Shown piece after piece: positions 30,504-40,982 of a stretch of 64,000 bases of DNA. Numbering within the stretch: the stretch's first letter is position 1; every line of letters starts with the position of its first letter. Location: contig JAYUEN010000155.1 in assembly GCA_043739185.1 (NCBI GenBank), forward strand, positions 52,962 to 116,961. The letters run 5' to 3'. This stretch comes from Bdellovibrionales bacterium. Its GTDB lineage: Bacteria; Bdellovibrionota; Bdellovibrionia; Bdellovibrionales; JAMPXM01. The notes under the pieces were generated by a model. The model was given only the letters and a program-made list of their open reading frames with translations. It was not told where the DNA came from and made no database searches. The translations under genes and the position numbers were made by a program.

Positions 30504-30949
30504 TTAAGAGCCATGAAAGTCAAAATTCGCCAATCGTAAATCTTAAGATGAAAGGACCGTTTTATATTTGGCTAGGTATGATATTAGTATCGGCTTATTT
30601 CACCTGGCAGGCTTATGCGATGACGGACTCAAGTTTTAAGCCTCAATTTCCGGTGTTTGATAGTTCAAATTCAATGATGATGGGACTTGGCCTGTGCGCA
30701 GTTTTAAATGCCTTTTTGGCTTGGGTGATCCCGAGTTATTTGTTTAAGTTGGGCAGAGCTCAGGCGCCAAAGATGAGTATTTGTTTTCTTGCTTTTGTCG
30801 TACGACTTTCTCTGGTTGGTTCGATTAATATCTATGGCTTGGTCTTAGCCGTTTCAAATCACGATGCCAATCTCGTTCTGCCATTTTCGATTCTGAGCTT
30901 TCTAGGCTATTTAAAAAGCTTTCCCCGGCCAGAGTCCTTTGGCTATTAA
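30500..30949 (+). CDS. Hypothetical four-TM membrane protein
   Basis: Four hydrophobic segments. GTGA overlap with the kinase stop. Confidence 0.65.
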   Translation: MIKSHESQNSPIVNLKMKGPFYIWLGMILVSAYFTWQAYAMTDSSFKPQFPVFDSSNSMMMGLGLCAVLNAFLAWVIPSYLFKLGRAQAPKMSICFLAFVVRLSLVGSINIYGLVLAVSNHDANLVLPFSILSFLGYLKSFPRPESFGY

Positions 30950-31349
30950 AATGAAGGAAACTCAGGGCCGGGCGTTCTGGATTCTGCTATCGTAAGCTGT
31001 TACGGACCCACAGACAGATACTGAGACCGCCAAACAGCCAACCGCTGCTGCTGCCTTTAAAACTTTTGATTTCTAGAGATGAAGCCGTCCTAACCAAAAG
31101 AAGCCTATACCTCAGTGATCCCCATCCCACGGCTCCTAATATGCCCTTTTCCTTGCGCCATAAGTACATGAAATAATTAGATTATGTTAATTGTTTCAAT
31201 TTGATAAAAAAGTCAAAATTCGCATAAATAATTGACAAATGTTTGAGCCTTTTACTGTTGAAATGCTTCAACTCAAATGTATAAGTTTTTAGGCTGGAAG
31301 GGGGTTTGCAATACATATAAGTGTATTCATTAAAATGATTGGGGGTTTT

Positions 31350-31535
31350 ATGGAGAAATTTTTTTACGACTACCGGCCACATCTTTGTTTGGGCTTTTCT
31401 TTATTCGCTTTTTACTTTGCTCCACATTCGCAGTTCCAAATGATGTGTTCAAGTACGCTATTTGCCTGTTCTGTTTATGTTTATTTTATGCGAAATCGAG
31501 CTCGCATTGTGCAAGCGCTTAGACTACGTCGCTAA
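31350..31535 (+). CDS. Small membrane protein
   Basis: G-rich RBS, two hydrophobic segments, basic tail. Confidence 0.55.
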   Translation: MEKFFYDYRPHLCLGFSLFAFYFAPHSQFQMMCSSTLFACSVYVYFMRNRARIVQALRLRR

Positions 31536-31862
31536 TTAAATTAGTAAAATTGCCACTTTAATTCTGTTCGAATAGGCCCTATCTCTTTAATTGGGAGGGG
31601 TTTGAGAAGAAAAAAACCTATTGTTTTTTTTGCCTTCCATGCAGATGCAAATCAATTTCGGCGAAATCTTCCTTCCCTAATTCGTGCCCTAAATTGTTAC
31701 CGGGCCAGCATCGTCTATAATGCAGCTTCTTTAAAATTCAGAGATTTCGATCTAAAAACCAGTAAATTTTTCACAAAACGAACTCAATTTAGGGTAAAGT
31801 GGCCGAGGCGTGAAGTTTTTCGTAAAGAATTTTAACTCAGTATTGCGAAGGCGAATTTAACA

Positions 31863-33296
31863 ATGAAATGCATTTTAAGTTTGTCTCTGGCAACTCTCAT
31901 TTCATTTCAGGCGTGGGCGCGTACGAACGCTACACCACCAATTAATCGTAGGGATCTTGTTTTAGCACCAACGCAAATCTCCGCTGACTTCGATGTGCTT
32001 AGTAAGGGACTCCCAAGTGGAGAACTGCAAAATTCTTTTTGTTATGCTCCAAATAAAGTTACTGATCCAGATCAGCTTGATATCGTAGGCACCAATATTG
32101 ATGCTCCGGTTCGACTTGCATCGGTTTCAAAAATTATCACTAGCTTCTGGGCACTCTCAGTTCTAGGTCCGAACTTTCGCTATGAAACGCAACTCAGTTG
32201 GAATCCTAAGTCCAAACATCTTCATATCAAGGGAATGCAAGATCCGTTTATGGGTCAGCACAGCCTCATGTTTTTGGCCAGTGCACTTGATGAACTTGGT
32301 ATTCACGATATTTCTTTGGTGAGTTTCGATTCAAATTTTTTCGTATATGAATTTGCAGATACCAGATCAAGCTATGAAAGCTCGGTCGGGGCCCAAAGTA
32401 ATCCGCCACTTCAAGATTCGCAGATCGCAGTGCTTAAGTATTTCAATACCGCTCAATGGCCAAAGAATTTAGTAAATTTATATAAAGCCCTGAGGGACAA
32501 AGCGGGTCTTTTAAAAATTAAAATGCAAGTGGCGCCCAAAATTGCGGTTCGAAATGTGATTTTGAGCGATGTCGACGGCGTGAATGATGAACCTGGTACA
32601 ATTCATTTTAGTTATTTGTCTTCAACACTTTTGCAATATCTAAAGCATATCAATACAATGTCGATCAATTATCCCCCAGGAATGATGTTTCGAAGTCTTG
32701 GCGGTTCAGATGCACTTTCAAAGTTTTTGGCTGATAGATTGAGGATGAGGGCCGATGATGTGAGCATGTATACCGGCTCCGGAATCGAATACTATTTGGA
32801 TGGCGAAATAACCAAACAGCGAAGAGTCGACAACGAAAGCAGCTGTAAGAATATTTTAAAAATAATTATGTCTTTAGATTTGCTTCTCGATAAGTACACT
32901 AAGAATTTGCAAGACATCTTTTTGGTCGCGGGAGTCGATCAGGGCACTTGGAATGGGAGCAAAGAAATTGCGGGCGCCGTAACCGCTAAAACCGGGACTT
33001 TGGTGCAAATTCCCGTTTCAAACCTTGCAGGCTTGGCAAGTACCATGTCTGGCGAATACTATTTCGGAATATTTTTTCAGCTTAAAGATCGAAATGAAAT
33101 TCAAAAGGCCCATGAGGCCGCAAATACCATGGTCGATGATATTGTTATAAAAAATGGCGGTAAAGCTAAAGATCCTCTCGCGACCGAAGCCAAAAGCTTT
33201 GTGCCTTTTGATTCGGTTGTGGGTCACGATGCTCAGCTCTTAATGGCGCATCGTTTATGCTTCGGGAAGCATTGTCGAAACCCACTTGAGAAGTGA
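31863..33296 (+). CDS. dacB: Secreted D-Ala-D-Ala carboxy/endopeptidase (PBP4, peptidase S13)
   Basis: ASVSK (SxxK), SIN (SxN), GSG and AKTGT motifs plus a signal peptide. Confidence 0.85.
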   Translation: MKCILSLSLATLISFQAWARTNATPPINRRDLVLAPTQISADFDVLSKGLPSGELQNSFCYAPNKVTDPDQLDIVGTNIDAPVRLASVSKIITSFWALSVLGPNFRYETQLSWNPKSKHLHIKGMQDPFMGQHSLMFLASALDELGIHDISLVSFDSNFFVYEFADTRSSYESSVGAQSNPPLQDSQIAVLKYFNTAQWPKNLVNLYKALRDKAGLLKIKMQVAPKIAVRNVILSDVDGVNDEPGTIHFSYLSSTLLQYLKHINTMSINYPPGMMFRSLGGSDALSKFLADRLRMRADDVSMYTGSGIEYYLDGEITKQRRVDNESSCKNILKIIMSLDLLLDKYTKNLQDIFLVAGVDQGTWNGSKEIAGAVTAKTGTLVQIPVSNLAGLASTMSGEYYFGIFFQLKDRNEIQKAHEAANTMVDDIVIKNGGKAKDPLATEAKSFVPFDSVVGHDAQLLMAHRLCFGKHCRNPLEK

Positions 33297-33905
33297 CTCA
33301 ACTTCTGTAAAGCAAAAATCATCTGTGTGCTCGTTTGATTTTAGTTGCGGATTATTCCAATTGGCACGAATGGCCTTTGCGCCACAGGCCTTGGCTGCGA
33401 GCATATCGTTGTCATGGTCTCCTACCATTAAAAGCTCTTTGGTTTCACATTGAAATGCATATGCAATTCTTTCAAGGCCTTCGGGTGAGGGCTTGCAGTT
33501 GGCCACACAAGATCCGCTCATATGATAAGAAAAGTAAGGCGCCAGCTCGGTGCTATTTAAAACTCTTTTAGCAGAGCTCATTTCTCTTGCTGTCCAAATT
33601 CCGATTTTGCAGTTTTGAGATTTCAATTTTTCAAGTAAAGCGGGAATACCCTTAAAAACTTCAATGCGCTGATCATCCGATAGCAAACGGGTTTCGAAGG
33701 CTGCGAGTGCTTTATGTGAATTCTCTTGGCCTAATTTTTTATCGAAAAACAGTTGTCGACTCTTTACCGGAATACTTAAAACTTCTTTTTCATCCTGGAG
33801 ACTTAAGTCCGCATTGAAGTCATTTAGGATGAGTCTCAAGGAGTCAAAGTAGACTTTGTGCGAATCAACCAGAGTGCCGTCTAAATCAAATACCCAATGC
33901 TTCAT
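33255..33905 (-). CDS. HAD-family phosphatase (phosphoglycolate phosphatase-like)
   Basis: FDLDGTLVDS, KPSP and MVGD...D motifs. Confidence 0.9.
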   Translation of the reverse strand: MKHWVFDLDGTLVDSHKVYFDSLRLILNDFNADLSLQDEKEVLSIPVKSRQLFFDKKLGQENSHKALAAFETRLLSDDQRIEVFKGIPALLEKLKSQNCKIGIWTAREMSSAKRVLNSTELAPYFSYHMSGSCVANCKPSPEGLERIAYAFQCETKELLMVGDHDNDMLAAKACGAKAIRANWNNPQLKSNEHTDDFCFTEVESLLKWVSTMLPEA

Positions 33906-33913
33906 GATTCAAG

Positions 33914-33942
33914 GATCTATTTCAAAATCTCGGTTCTGTCAA
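33914..33942 (-). promoter_or_regulatory. Sigma70-like promoter for the HAD gene
   Basis: TTGACA-N17-TAGATC on the minus strand, 8 nt before the ATG. Confidence 0.45.
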
Positions 33943-33972
33943 ATTTCTTAGGCGGTGCTTCTAAGCTGGTTC

Positions 33973-35847
33973 TTAGCGAGGCCGAGCACTTTCAAGGCGC
34001 TTTTCGCCGAGTTCTTGCAGAGCTTTCGCCAGATTGAGATTTTTGGCCATAAGCTCCCAGATATGTAGCGCTGAGATTTTTAAAAATATGCTAGATTCGA
34101 TAGTCAGAACGCTGCTGGTCCTTGACGTATTCCACAAAACACCGATTTCGCCAAAGACTTCTCTTGAGCCCATTTCACGAACTTCGTTTTGATCGACCAG
34201 CACCTTGCATCTACCTTGAACAATGATCCACAGTGAATCCGAAGCCTCACCTTGCCTGACCACCAAAGCCTTGGGCGCAAGCTCAAGAATACTTCCGTGC
34301 GTGATTAGCGACATCAGGCTTTCACTTGGTAAATCTTTAAAGAGTTCTGATTGAGAGAGTGCTTGAAAGGCCCAGATTTTTTTTTGAAATTGGGTTAGAT
34401 TAAATGTTTCGGTGCGATCCGTTTCAAGAAAAGCTTGTGGGCGGCTCATTCTTAGTAGCTTTGAGTTTTCTAATGCATAAGCGCTACCTACTCGAGGTCG
34501 ATTAAGTAAAAATGCGCCTTCTCCGAAAATGGCCCCTGCATTGATTTCAATAATCTTGGTTTGGTTTTTATAAATTGCGATTTGTCCCTTGATCACAATA
34601 TAGAGTTCACTGCTTTTGTCGCCATTTTTAAATAGCCTTGCGCCAGCCTTGATATCAATAAGGCGAGACACCTCGGCCATTTGTTTGAAACTTTTTTCGG
34701 ATAGTCCTTCAAAAATGGGGATCGCTCGTAGCAAGCGAAAAACATCGGCCTCTTCAATGAATTTCGAAATGAAGGGGCTAAAACCTTTGGCGGAATTTAT
34801 TGGTAATGCAAATTCAAATTGATCAACTAAGTCGACGAATGCGGCCAAGGCAGCAATGTCGAAAATGATTTGAAAGACTAAGTATTCGTAGTTTTTTGCT
34901 TTTAAAAACTGCAGACTTAAAACTCCGCAGTAAGCAAAAAACCCCAGGCTTATAAGATGGTAAATGATATTCATTTTGATAAGTGAAATTTTTGCTATTT
35001 GATCTAAAATGCTTGGACTAATTGAAAGAGACTTGAGACGCCGCAAATGAGCTAAAATAAAATATCTGAAATTTGAAAGATCGGTGTTTTGAAAGGGTGA
35101 AAGCTGAATGACAAAAACTAAAATGACAGAAAGCGGGCCGAGTTTGTGCAACAAAGGATCTTGTATCTGATAAAAATAAAAGAAACCAGCCACCCCAAGG
35201 CAGAAAAGTATGGTGAGATGAACCAAATACTGTGAAATTGAAATCGCAGTGCGCTTACCTGAAGACAAATGAAAATAGGGGCCTAAAGGAGAGAAGTAGA
35301 GGCTCATGGGTTCAGGATTATCAAAGATGAACCGACTTGCAGCCATTGATATTAGGGCTTTGAGACAAAGAAAAATTTGCGGAAAAAATAAAATATAAAA
35401 TGCATAAAGATGTTCACTGAGAAATAGTTTCGCGAAAATAATTGTGCAAAGAATTGGAATCATGAGAACTAGTAAATGAATGTCCCGATCTAGTGAAAAT
35501 TCAATGATGGGAGAACTTATCAGGCTGTCAAAAGCAGGCGGGCCTTCGAGCGCCGCAAAGCTTCTTGAGAATTCTTTTTCGTTTACGAGTTGATGGCTCC
35601 AATATAGATTGGAGAGGATTTCCTTTAATAAAATAAAATCAACATGCCTTCGGCTTTTATTTTCTTGCAAGACAATTTCTTGAATACTGAGTCCTTGAAT
35701 AAATGAAATCAAATAGAGTTCAGAGCTAAGACTAAACTGAACCGGGTTTTCATTTTGTTGAGTGCTGAATTCAAGTCGATCGTTATTCCGAACGAGGCGC
35801 GGTTGATCAAATTTAGGTTTTATTACTTCAAGAGCTTTCGCTGGCAT
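33973..35847 (-). CDS. Polytopic membrane protein with two cyclic-nucleotide-binding domains
   Basis: Two phosphate-binding cassettes, FGEGAFLLNRPR and FGEIGVLWNTSRT, after a multi-TM region. Confidence 0.85.
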   Translation of the reverse strand: MPAKALEVIKPKFDQPRLVRNNDRLEFSTQQNENPVQFSLSSELYLISFIQGLSIQEIVLQENKSRRHVDFILLKEILSNLYWSHQLVNEKEFSRSFAALEGPPAFDSLISSPIIEFSLDRDIHLLVLMIPILCTIIFAKLFLSEHLYAFYILFFPQIFLCLKALISMAASRFIFDNPEPMSLYFSPLGPYFHLSSGKRTAISISQYLVHLTILFCLGVAGFFYFYQIQDPLLHKLGPLSVILVFVIQLSPFQNTDLSNFRYFILAHLRRLKSLSISPSILDQIAKISLIKMNIIYHLISLGFFAYCGVLSLQFLKAKNYEYLVFQIIFDIAALAAFVDLVDQFEFALPINSAKGFSPFISKFIEEADVFRLLRAIPIFEGLSEKSFKQMAEVSRLIDIKAGARLFKNGDKSSELYIVIKGQIAIYKNQTKIIEINAGAIFGEGAFLLNRPRVGSAYALENSKLLRMSRPQAFLETDRTETFNLTQFQKKIWAFQALSQSELFKDLPSESLMSLITHGSILELAPKALVVRQGEASDSLWIIVQGRCKVLVDQNEVREMGSREVFGEIGVLWNTSRTSSVLTIESSIFLKISALHIWELMAKNLNLAKALQELGEKRLESARPR

Positions 35848-35886
35848 TTCAGTCCTTCTTGTAGCTTAACTATGCCTAGCTTAAAT

Positions 35887-36984
35887 CTAATCTGACAAAT
35901 TTAGAATATATAGAATTTGCGAGCTCCGGCCAATATCAGCATATTGGACTAAAGTCTTAGCATCTATCCAGCCGTCATTATTTGCTGCTTGCCATTCCGG
36001 TCCCCAGGAGTTTTGAACCTGTAAAAGATCTCTGCAATCGCCGCGCGCATTGCAAACTTTTTTATAGCCGGTAACTAAAACTTCATGTCCTCCTCCTGGG
36101 CATTCATCTATATCTCCCTTCGGCAAATCATAGGGGCAGAACTCGACTCCAAAGGACATTTTGTCGGTCAAGAGCTGCTTAAATTTTCCCAACACTTCGT
36201 CATATTTTGCGGGCTCGTTTGTTGTTTTTTCGGGCCACATCCGGTAGTTAATTGAGCGAATGTGAAATGCATCTTGGCAGCTACCTAGCAGAACGCGGTG
36301 AAGGAATTTTTCGAAACTATCCTGTTGCAGGGCAAATGTGATTTTTTGTATATCTGAACCAATGCCGAAGTCTTGCTGCATTTCTTTGTCTAAACACTCG
36401 ATACAGGGGCTTGATTCCAGTTTCGCTTTGTCGTATGCCCTCCGAAGCTTTAGAAAAACTTCTCGTTGGGCTTTTACTTTTTCAAATCGATTGCCTTTTG
36501 TGAATCGGGCGACAAATTGATCCATCGAAAAACATGAGTTTGCAAATACATTTCCGGCATCTTCGGCCCTTTTGAGAATGCTTTTAAGTTTAAACATTTT
36601 ATCTATGGGCAATGGATTATTCTTTTTGTAAGGGCCAGAATGCGGCTCCATTGTAACGGCTAAAAGCGACAGTGCAGATGGGATTTGATTTGGTTTTAAA
36701 TTTGCGCAATCGACTTCCGGATTTTCTCTGCAAGCTGTTTGAAGGTAAAGATTAACTGCAACGTTTGCCGTACAGGTGGGTAGCCCATCTTGAGAATGTA
36801 AAACAGGCAAATTTGGAATTTGGATCAGAGAGTCATTCACCAGTTGATAGTCGGACGACGGATAGGCTATCGAAGGAGTCGGTTGCGTATTTAAGAGTGC
36901 GCCAGCAGCGTATGCTGTCTGGATGTTCGACAGCAATACCAAGTCCGCAGCAAATATCAGGACTACAAAACATCTTAAAACCAT
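35887..36984 (-). CDS. Secreted papain-like (C1-family) cysteine protease
   Basis: Q....C (SQDGLPTC), GHEVLVTGY and QNSWG..W...G give the catalytic pattern. Signal peptide. Confidence 0.75.
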   Translation of the reverse strand: MVLRCFVVLIFAADLVLLSNIQTAYAAGALLNTQPTPSIAYPSSDYQLVNDSLIQIPNLPVLHSQDGLPTCTANVAVNLYLQTACRENPEVDCANLKPNQIPSALSLLAVTMEPHSGPYKKNNPLPIDKMFKLKSILKRAEDAGNVFANSCFSMDQFVARFTKGNRFEKVKAQREVFLKLRRAYDKAKLESSPCIECLDKEMQQDFGIGSDIQKITFALQQDSFEKFLHRVLLGSCQDAFHIRSINYRMWPEKTTNEPAKYDEVLGKFKQLLTDKMSFGVEFCPYDLPKGDIDECPGGGHEVLVTGYKKVCNARGDCRDLLQVQNSWGPEWQAANNDGWIDAKTLVQYADIGRSSQILYILNLSD

Positions 36985-37055
36985 GGATATAATTTACAGC
37001 AATGAAAGCAGCTTGGGCTACAAAAAAGAATGGGCTTCCCAGACTCGACCTAACG

Positions 37056-38921
37056 ATGGGAGTAAGGATTATTTTATGTATGCCTTTCATTTTCTACCAA
37101 GAGTCTTTTGCGCTTCAATATTCTACACCGAGCTCTGGGGCCATTAATGTTCATGGCTTTCAGCGAACTTCCTATTTTTTTTCGAAGCAAAACGAGATGT
37201 CCCCTTCTTTTTTGGTACGTGAATCTAACGGCGACTATCTTCTCTTGTTAAAAAGGCCTTTAGATTCCTATCAGTTTAAAATTAGAAACGGCATAATCGA
37301 AGAAGCTACGATAGAAAGGCATATCAAGAGCTTTCGAAGCCTCACAACATTTCAAATAATAAATCAAAAGTATAAATTGAAAAGGTTCGCGATAACGAAT
37401 CACAATTTATTCGCAGCAGATGCGAGTTGTCCTAGCGAAAGTGAAACTGTATCCGTGGCAAACCTTGCTGGAATTGGAACTGTTAGTGAAGCCCTTGAGC
37501 GGCACGATTTAGGTCGAGAGGAATTTGTATCAGCTTCGTGTAAAGACTTAAATTCATTGGACCTTCAAAATCTTTCTAAGCTTAAAAAAATTTTTGAAGA
37601 AAAGGATCACGCGAGTTCAGATTTGAAAGCTTGTTTGAATGATACCGGCTTAATTGACAAAATTTCAAAAATTGACAAAGCTATTTTAGAAAAATCCACA
37701 AGTAGCCCTTCTAGAATCGAATTATTAAGAGATGCTATTTCATTGGTCGGAAAGTCCTTTGAAGGTCGCATTGAAAAGACGAATCGAAATCTGATCCCGC
37801 TGACTATAGAGTGTAAGATCAATTCAAATCCGCAAAATAAGAGTCCTGCCATTTATGATGCAAATAGCGGTAGAATCATATTTTATTTAAAAGCAGAAAA
37901 AGATTCCGGCGGGAAAGACCAATTGCTAAGCAAGCTTGATTTGAAACATACTTTTACCCATGAATTTGTACACCTTTCCCTAGCAAGGCCCAATAAATGT
38001 TCGGCCCAATTAGAGGACGAATTTGCAGAGGACATCGCGAGAGTATGCGAGCCGATTAGTGAGAGTCTTGCTAAGATAGGCGTTACAGAAATCGACAATC
38101 CTTTCGCGCCGGAGCCAAGCCTTTCGGATACAAAAAGGGTTGAGCAAGTAACGGCCATAAAAATTGCTGAAGTCGCAAATTCGATTCCGATTCAGAGAGT
38201 AGATCCGGCCTCACTTGATTTTGTCGGAGAATTGCCGAACACAGCTTCATCACCACGGGCGGTAAATAATTCTTTGCAGGCGTCGGTTGCGGGACCTATT
38301 TCTAACTTTGCTAGGGCCGCAGATCAAGTGGCGGCACTGATGATTCCGAAAGCTGAGGCAAAAGTTAAAGTAGCCGCTGGCAAGGCGCCCACAATTATCG
38401 AGGATACAGTATACCCTGACCCAGGTTCTTCAGACCCAAACCGCTTTTTAATGCAAACCACCGTAAGTAAATCTATACCCACAGCATTAGTTCAAGCTTC
38501 ATCTGAAGGGGAGTCACTAATTCAATCGAATTTGGCTACCATGAATCCTAAGTCGCCAAGGATAGCACGTGGCCCTGCAAGTGAAGGCCTTGGGATTGAG
38601 TCGACAGGCGGTCAAACTCTCGGCTCAATCAGCGTTGGCAGTGGCTCTGGGCAACAAATGTCGCAGGGGCGAGCCAGAATGAATTCGAATATTCCGCAAA
38701 CTTTTCAAGTCGGAGGAATCAACTTTTCAAACAGCAGCTTGTCCGGAGAAGAATACAAAAAGTATTTTCTCAAAATGAAATCAAATGATCAGGCATTTAA
38801 AAGCGCGCTTGAGCAAAATGGCATTCTTATTTCTCGAAATGGAAGTGTTTTAACCAAACCTAAGCAAGTGGCGCTCTTATATATCGACACTGGTCGATCT
38901 CTCGAATTTGGAGATTATTAG
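37056..38921 (+). CDS. Secreted hypothetical protein with HEXXH motif and low-complexity C-terminus
   Basis: Signal-like MGVRIIL...SFA, THEFVH motif, RGPAS motif. Start uncertain (37002 or 37056). Confidence 0.6.
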   Translation: MGVRIILCMPFIFYQESFALQYSTPSSGAINVHGFQRTSYFFSKQNEMSPSFLVRESNGDYLLLLKRPLDSYQFKIRNGIIEEATIERHIKSFRSLTTFQIINQKYKLKRFAITNHNLFAADASCPSESETVSVANLAGIGTVSEALERHDLGREEFVSASCKDLNSLDLQNLSKLKKIFEEKDHASSDLKACLNDTGLIDKISKIDKAILEKSTSSPSRIELLRDAISLVGKSFEGRIEKTNRNLIPLTIECKINSNPQNKSPAIYDANSGRIIFYLKAEKDSGGKDQLLSKLDLKHTFTHEFVHLSLARPNKCSAQLEDEFAEDIARVCEPISESLAKIGVTEIDNPFAPEPSLSDTKRVEQVTAIKIAEVANSIPIQRVDPASLDFVGELPNTASSPRAVNNSLQASVAGPISNFARAADQVAALMIPKAEAKVKVAAGKAPTIIEDTVYPDPGSSDPNRFLMQTTVSKSIPTALVQASSEGESLIQSNLATMNPKSPRIARGPASEGLGIESTGGQTLGSISVGSGSGQQMSQGRARMNSNIPQTFQVGGINFSNSSLSGEEYKKYFLKMKSNDQAFKSALEQNGILISRNGSVLTKPKQVALLYIDTGRSLEFGDY

Positions 38922-40972
38922 TGAAATTTCTTAAGTTTAAAAATCTTCCTCTCAGTTTCAAGATTAGCCTCATGGCTCTTTTTTCAATCGCGGGAATTAG
39001 TTTACTGACTAATATTTTCGTTAAGGCTAAAATTATTGCGGAAAATTCGCTTTTCTTTCAAGTTTCTGCAGAGCAATGTTTGGATTCAATTGTCGAGTCC
39101 TTGAACTCGGGTAATATTGCAAGCGCGTGCGAACTTATGAAGAAAGCAAGCGAGCGCAATTTGACTTCATTCTTTATTATTCAGGCCGGAGGAGTGCCAG
39201 TATGCTTTGCGCCACTTGATCAGGCAGATGCTTTTAACAAGAGATATCAACAATTCAACGAAGTCGTACATAGTGCAAATGATAATTACGACTACAAAAG
39301 TCTAAAGGTAAATAAATTTGTCGCAACCGCTGGTTGGCTCAATACTTCACGCGCCAATTTGGCCAATATTTTTCTATTAAAATTGCCAACTCTGTTATTG
39401 GGAATATTAATTTCAGTCTTGGTCATTGCATTGATTGTATTTCGGGAAACCAGGCCGATAAAAAAACTTCTCTTGATTTTCAAGAAGTCTGAAAAAGTTT
39501 CAGATAATATTGAAAATCAAAAGGCTGGACTTTCAAGTGCCGCCATCGAAATTCAACAGCTCTGGAATTCAGCCAAAGAATATGAGCAGGCCGCTGAAGA
39601 ATTGAAGTCTGAAGTCCGCTACGTTGCCAGCGATATTCAAAATATATTGCGTAGAGAAATTGCTAAAAAAGATGAGAAAATTCCCTATCGGTTTTTATCA
39701 AGCGTATTACGCTTTGATATGAATAATTATACTAAAACCTATTTAGAAAATCCGGAAGCGACCCAGTTGATGATCACTCGTCTAAGTGTAGAGGTTGATG
39801 AATTGGTGCACCGTTATCAGGGAGCCCATTATGGTTTCGGTGGAGATGAATTCATTATTGTCTTTCGTGATTCTGAAGGCTTATTTTCTAGATATCTCGC
39901 ATTTGCCTGTATGCGAGATATCTTTTTAAGAATTGACGAGATTTTTAACTCAAGCGACTTAGCCAAAAGGCTGACCCTAAAGGCCGCAATTCATCAAAGT
40001 GAAAACGTACTATTTGAATTGCCCAATGGCTTATTCTTGCGAGGCCTCAACTTAATATTGAGTCAGCGCCTACTTACGACCATTGCAACCAAAGATGAGC
40101 ATAAATTGGTTGTTGAAAGTCGAGACAGCATAAGTCTTAAAGACTTGTGTGAATTTGCACCCGCGCATTCTGTTCAGTTAAAAGGATTCTCTGACGCCTT
40201 TGAAATTTGTGAGCCAATTCGTTATGAAGCGTTAGGGAGCATTCTAGAGAGAAGAGCTTTCGATAAAGTTCCCTACTTCAGGTCTGACCTTGATGTCATG
40301 ACGCTGTTTTCAGTACTGTCGCAAGATGAAATTTCTAAACAAGAGAAAATGAAAATTCTAGATTGTCTTAAAAGTTTTCAAATTTCACAAGGGCGCTCTG
40401 CCCTTTTAGAGTCCTTCATGAGTTGCTTTTTAAAGCTAGACCGAAATGTCTCAGAAAATAAAGCGATTTTGTCAAGCTTACTCATTTCAGCGGAAAATCT
40501 CATTCCAAAGGAGCTTTGGACGGAAGAGGCCAGCGATTTGCTACTCAATTCAAATTGCAAAGAAGATTCGCGTTGCAATAGCAATATTTTGCAGCTCTTA
40601 GCTCAAAAAGTTCCAGCCGAGAAATTTGATGCTTATGCAGAAAAGATTTTGATGAATGCGAAAGGCCCTGACTTTAGAGCTGTGGGCAATTACCTCATTG
40701 TAAAAGCCAATAACGGCCTCACTGATCAAATTCTAAACGAATGTATTACGATGCTTAAATCCAAAAATGATTTAGAAATTGCAACTGGAATTTATGCCTC
40801 CTCGCGAATCATACAAAGCCAAAAATTGAAAGATCCCGTGGCGCTCTCTCAATTTGGCTTGGTTCAAGATTTGATTTCAAGAATTCGTAACTTGCAATTT
40901 CACGATGATAATATGATAAGTACGCGCGCGCTTTTTGAAATGCGAGAACTGACCCAAATCGAAAATAACTAG
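38921..40972 (+). CDS. Membrane-anchored atypical class III nucleotide cyclase with periplasmic sensor and helical-repeat C-terminus
   Basis: Two TM segments, coiled coil, RFDMNNY and GFGGDEF metal-binding Asp motifs, LKAAIH and SQRL. 1-nt overlap with the upstream gene. Confidence 0.7.
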   Translation: MKFLKFKNLPLSFKISLMALFSIAGISLLTNIFVKAKIIAENSLFFQVSAEQCLDSIVESLNSGNIASACELMKKASERNLTSFFIIQAGGVPVCFAPLDQADAFNKRYQQFNEVVHSANDNYDYKSLKVNKFVATAGWLNTSRANLANIFLLKLPTLLLGILISVLVIALIVFRETRPIKKLLLIFKKSEKVSDNIENQKAGLSSAAIEIQQLWNSAKEYEQAAEELKSEVRYVASDIQNILRREIAKKDEKIPYRFLSSVLRFDMNNYTKTYLENPEATQLMITRLSVEVDELVHRYQGAHYGFGGDEFIIVFRDSEGLFSRYLAFACMRDIFLRIDEIFNSSDLAKRLTLKAAIHQSENVLFELPNGLFLRGLNLILSQRLLTTIATKDEHKLVVESRDSISLKDLCEFAPAHSVQLKGFSDAFEICEPIRYEALGSILERRAFDKVPYFRSDLDVMTLFSVLSQDEISKQEKMKILDCLKSFQISQGRSALLESFMSCFLKLDRNVSENKAILSSLLISAENLIPKELWTEEASDLLLNSNCKEDSRCNSNILQLLAQKVPAEKFDAYAEKILMNAKGPDFRAVGNYLIVKANNGLTDQILNECITMLKSKNDLEIATGIYASSRIIQSQKLKDPVALSQFGLVQDLISRIRNLQFHDDNMISTRALFEMRELTQIENN

Positions 40973-40982
40973 GGAGTTCATA

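Noticed and set aside
31602..31835. 77-aa ORF upstream of dacB
   Set aside because: TTG start, no recognisable features, and it probably spans the dacB promoter region.
38921..40972. Canonical diguanylate cyclase
   Set aside because: The GGDEF string is present, but the N-terminal FKxxNDxxGH block and the usual preceding Arg are absent.
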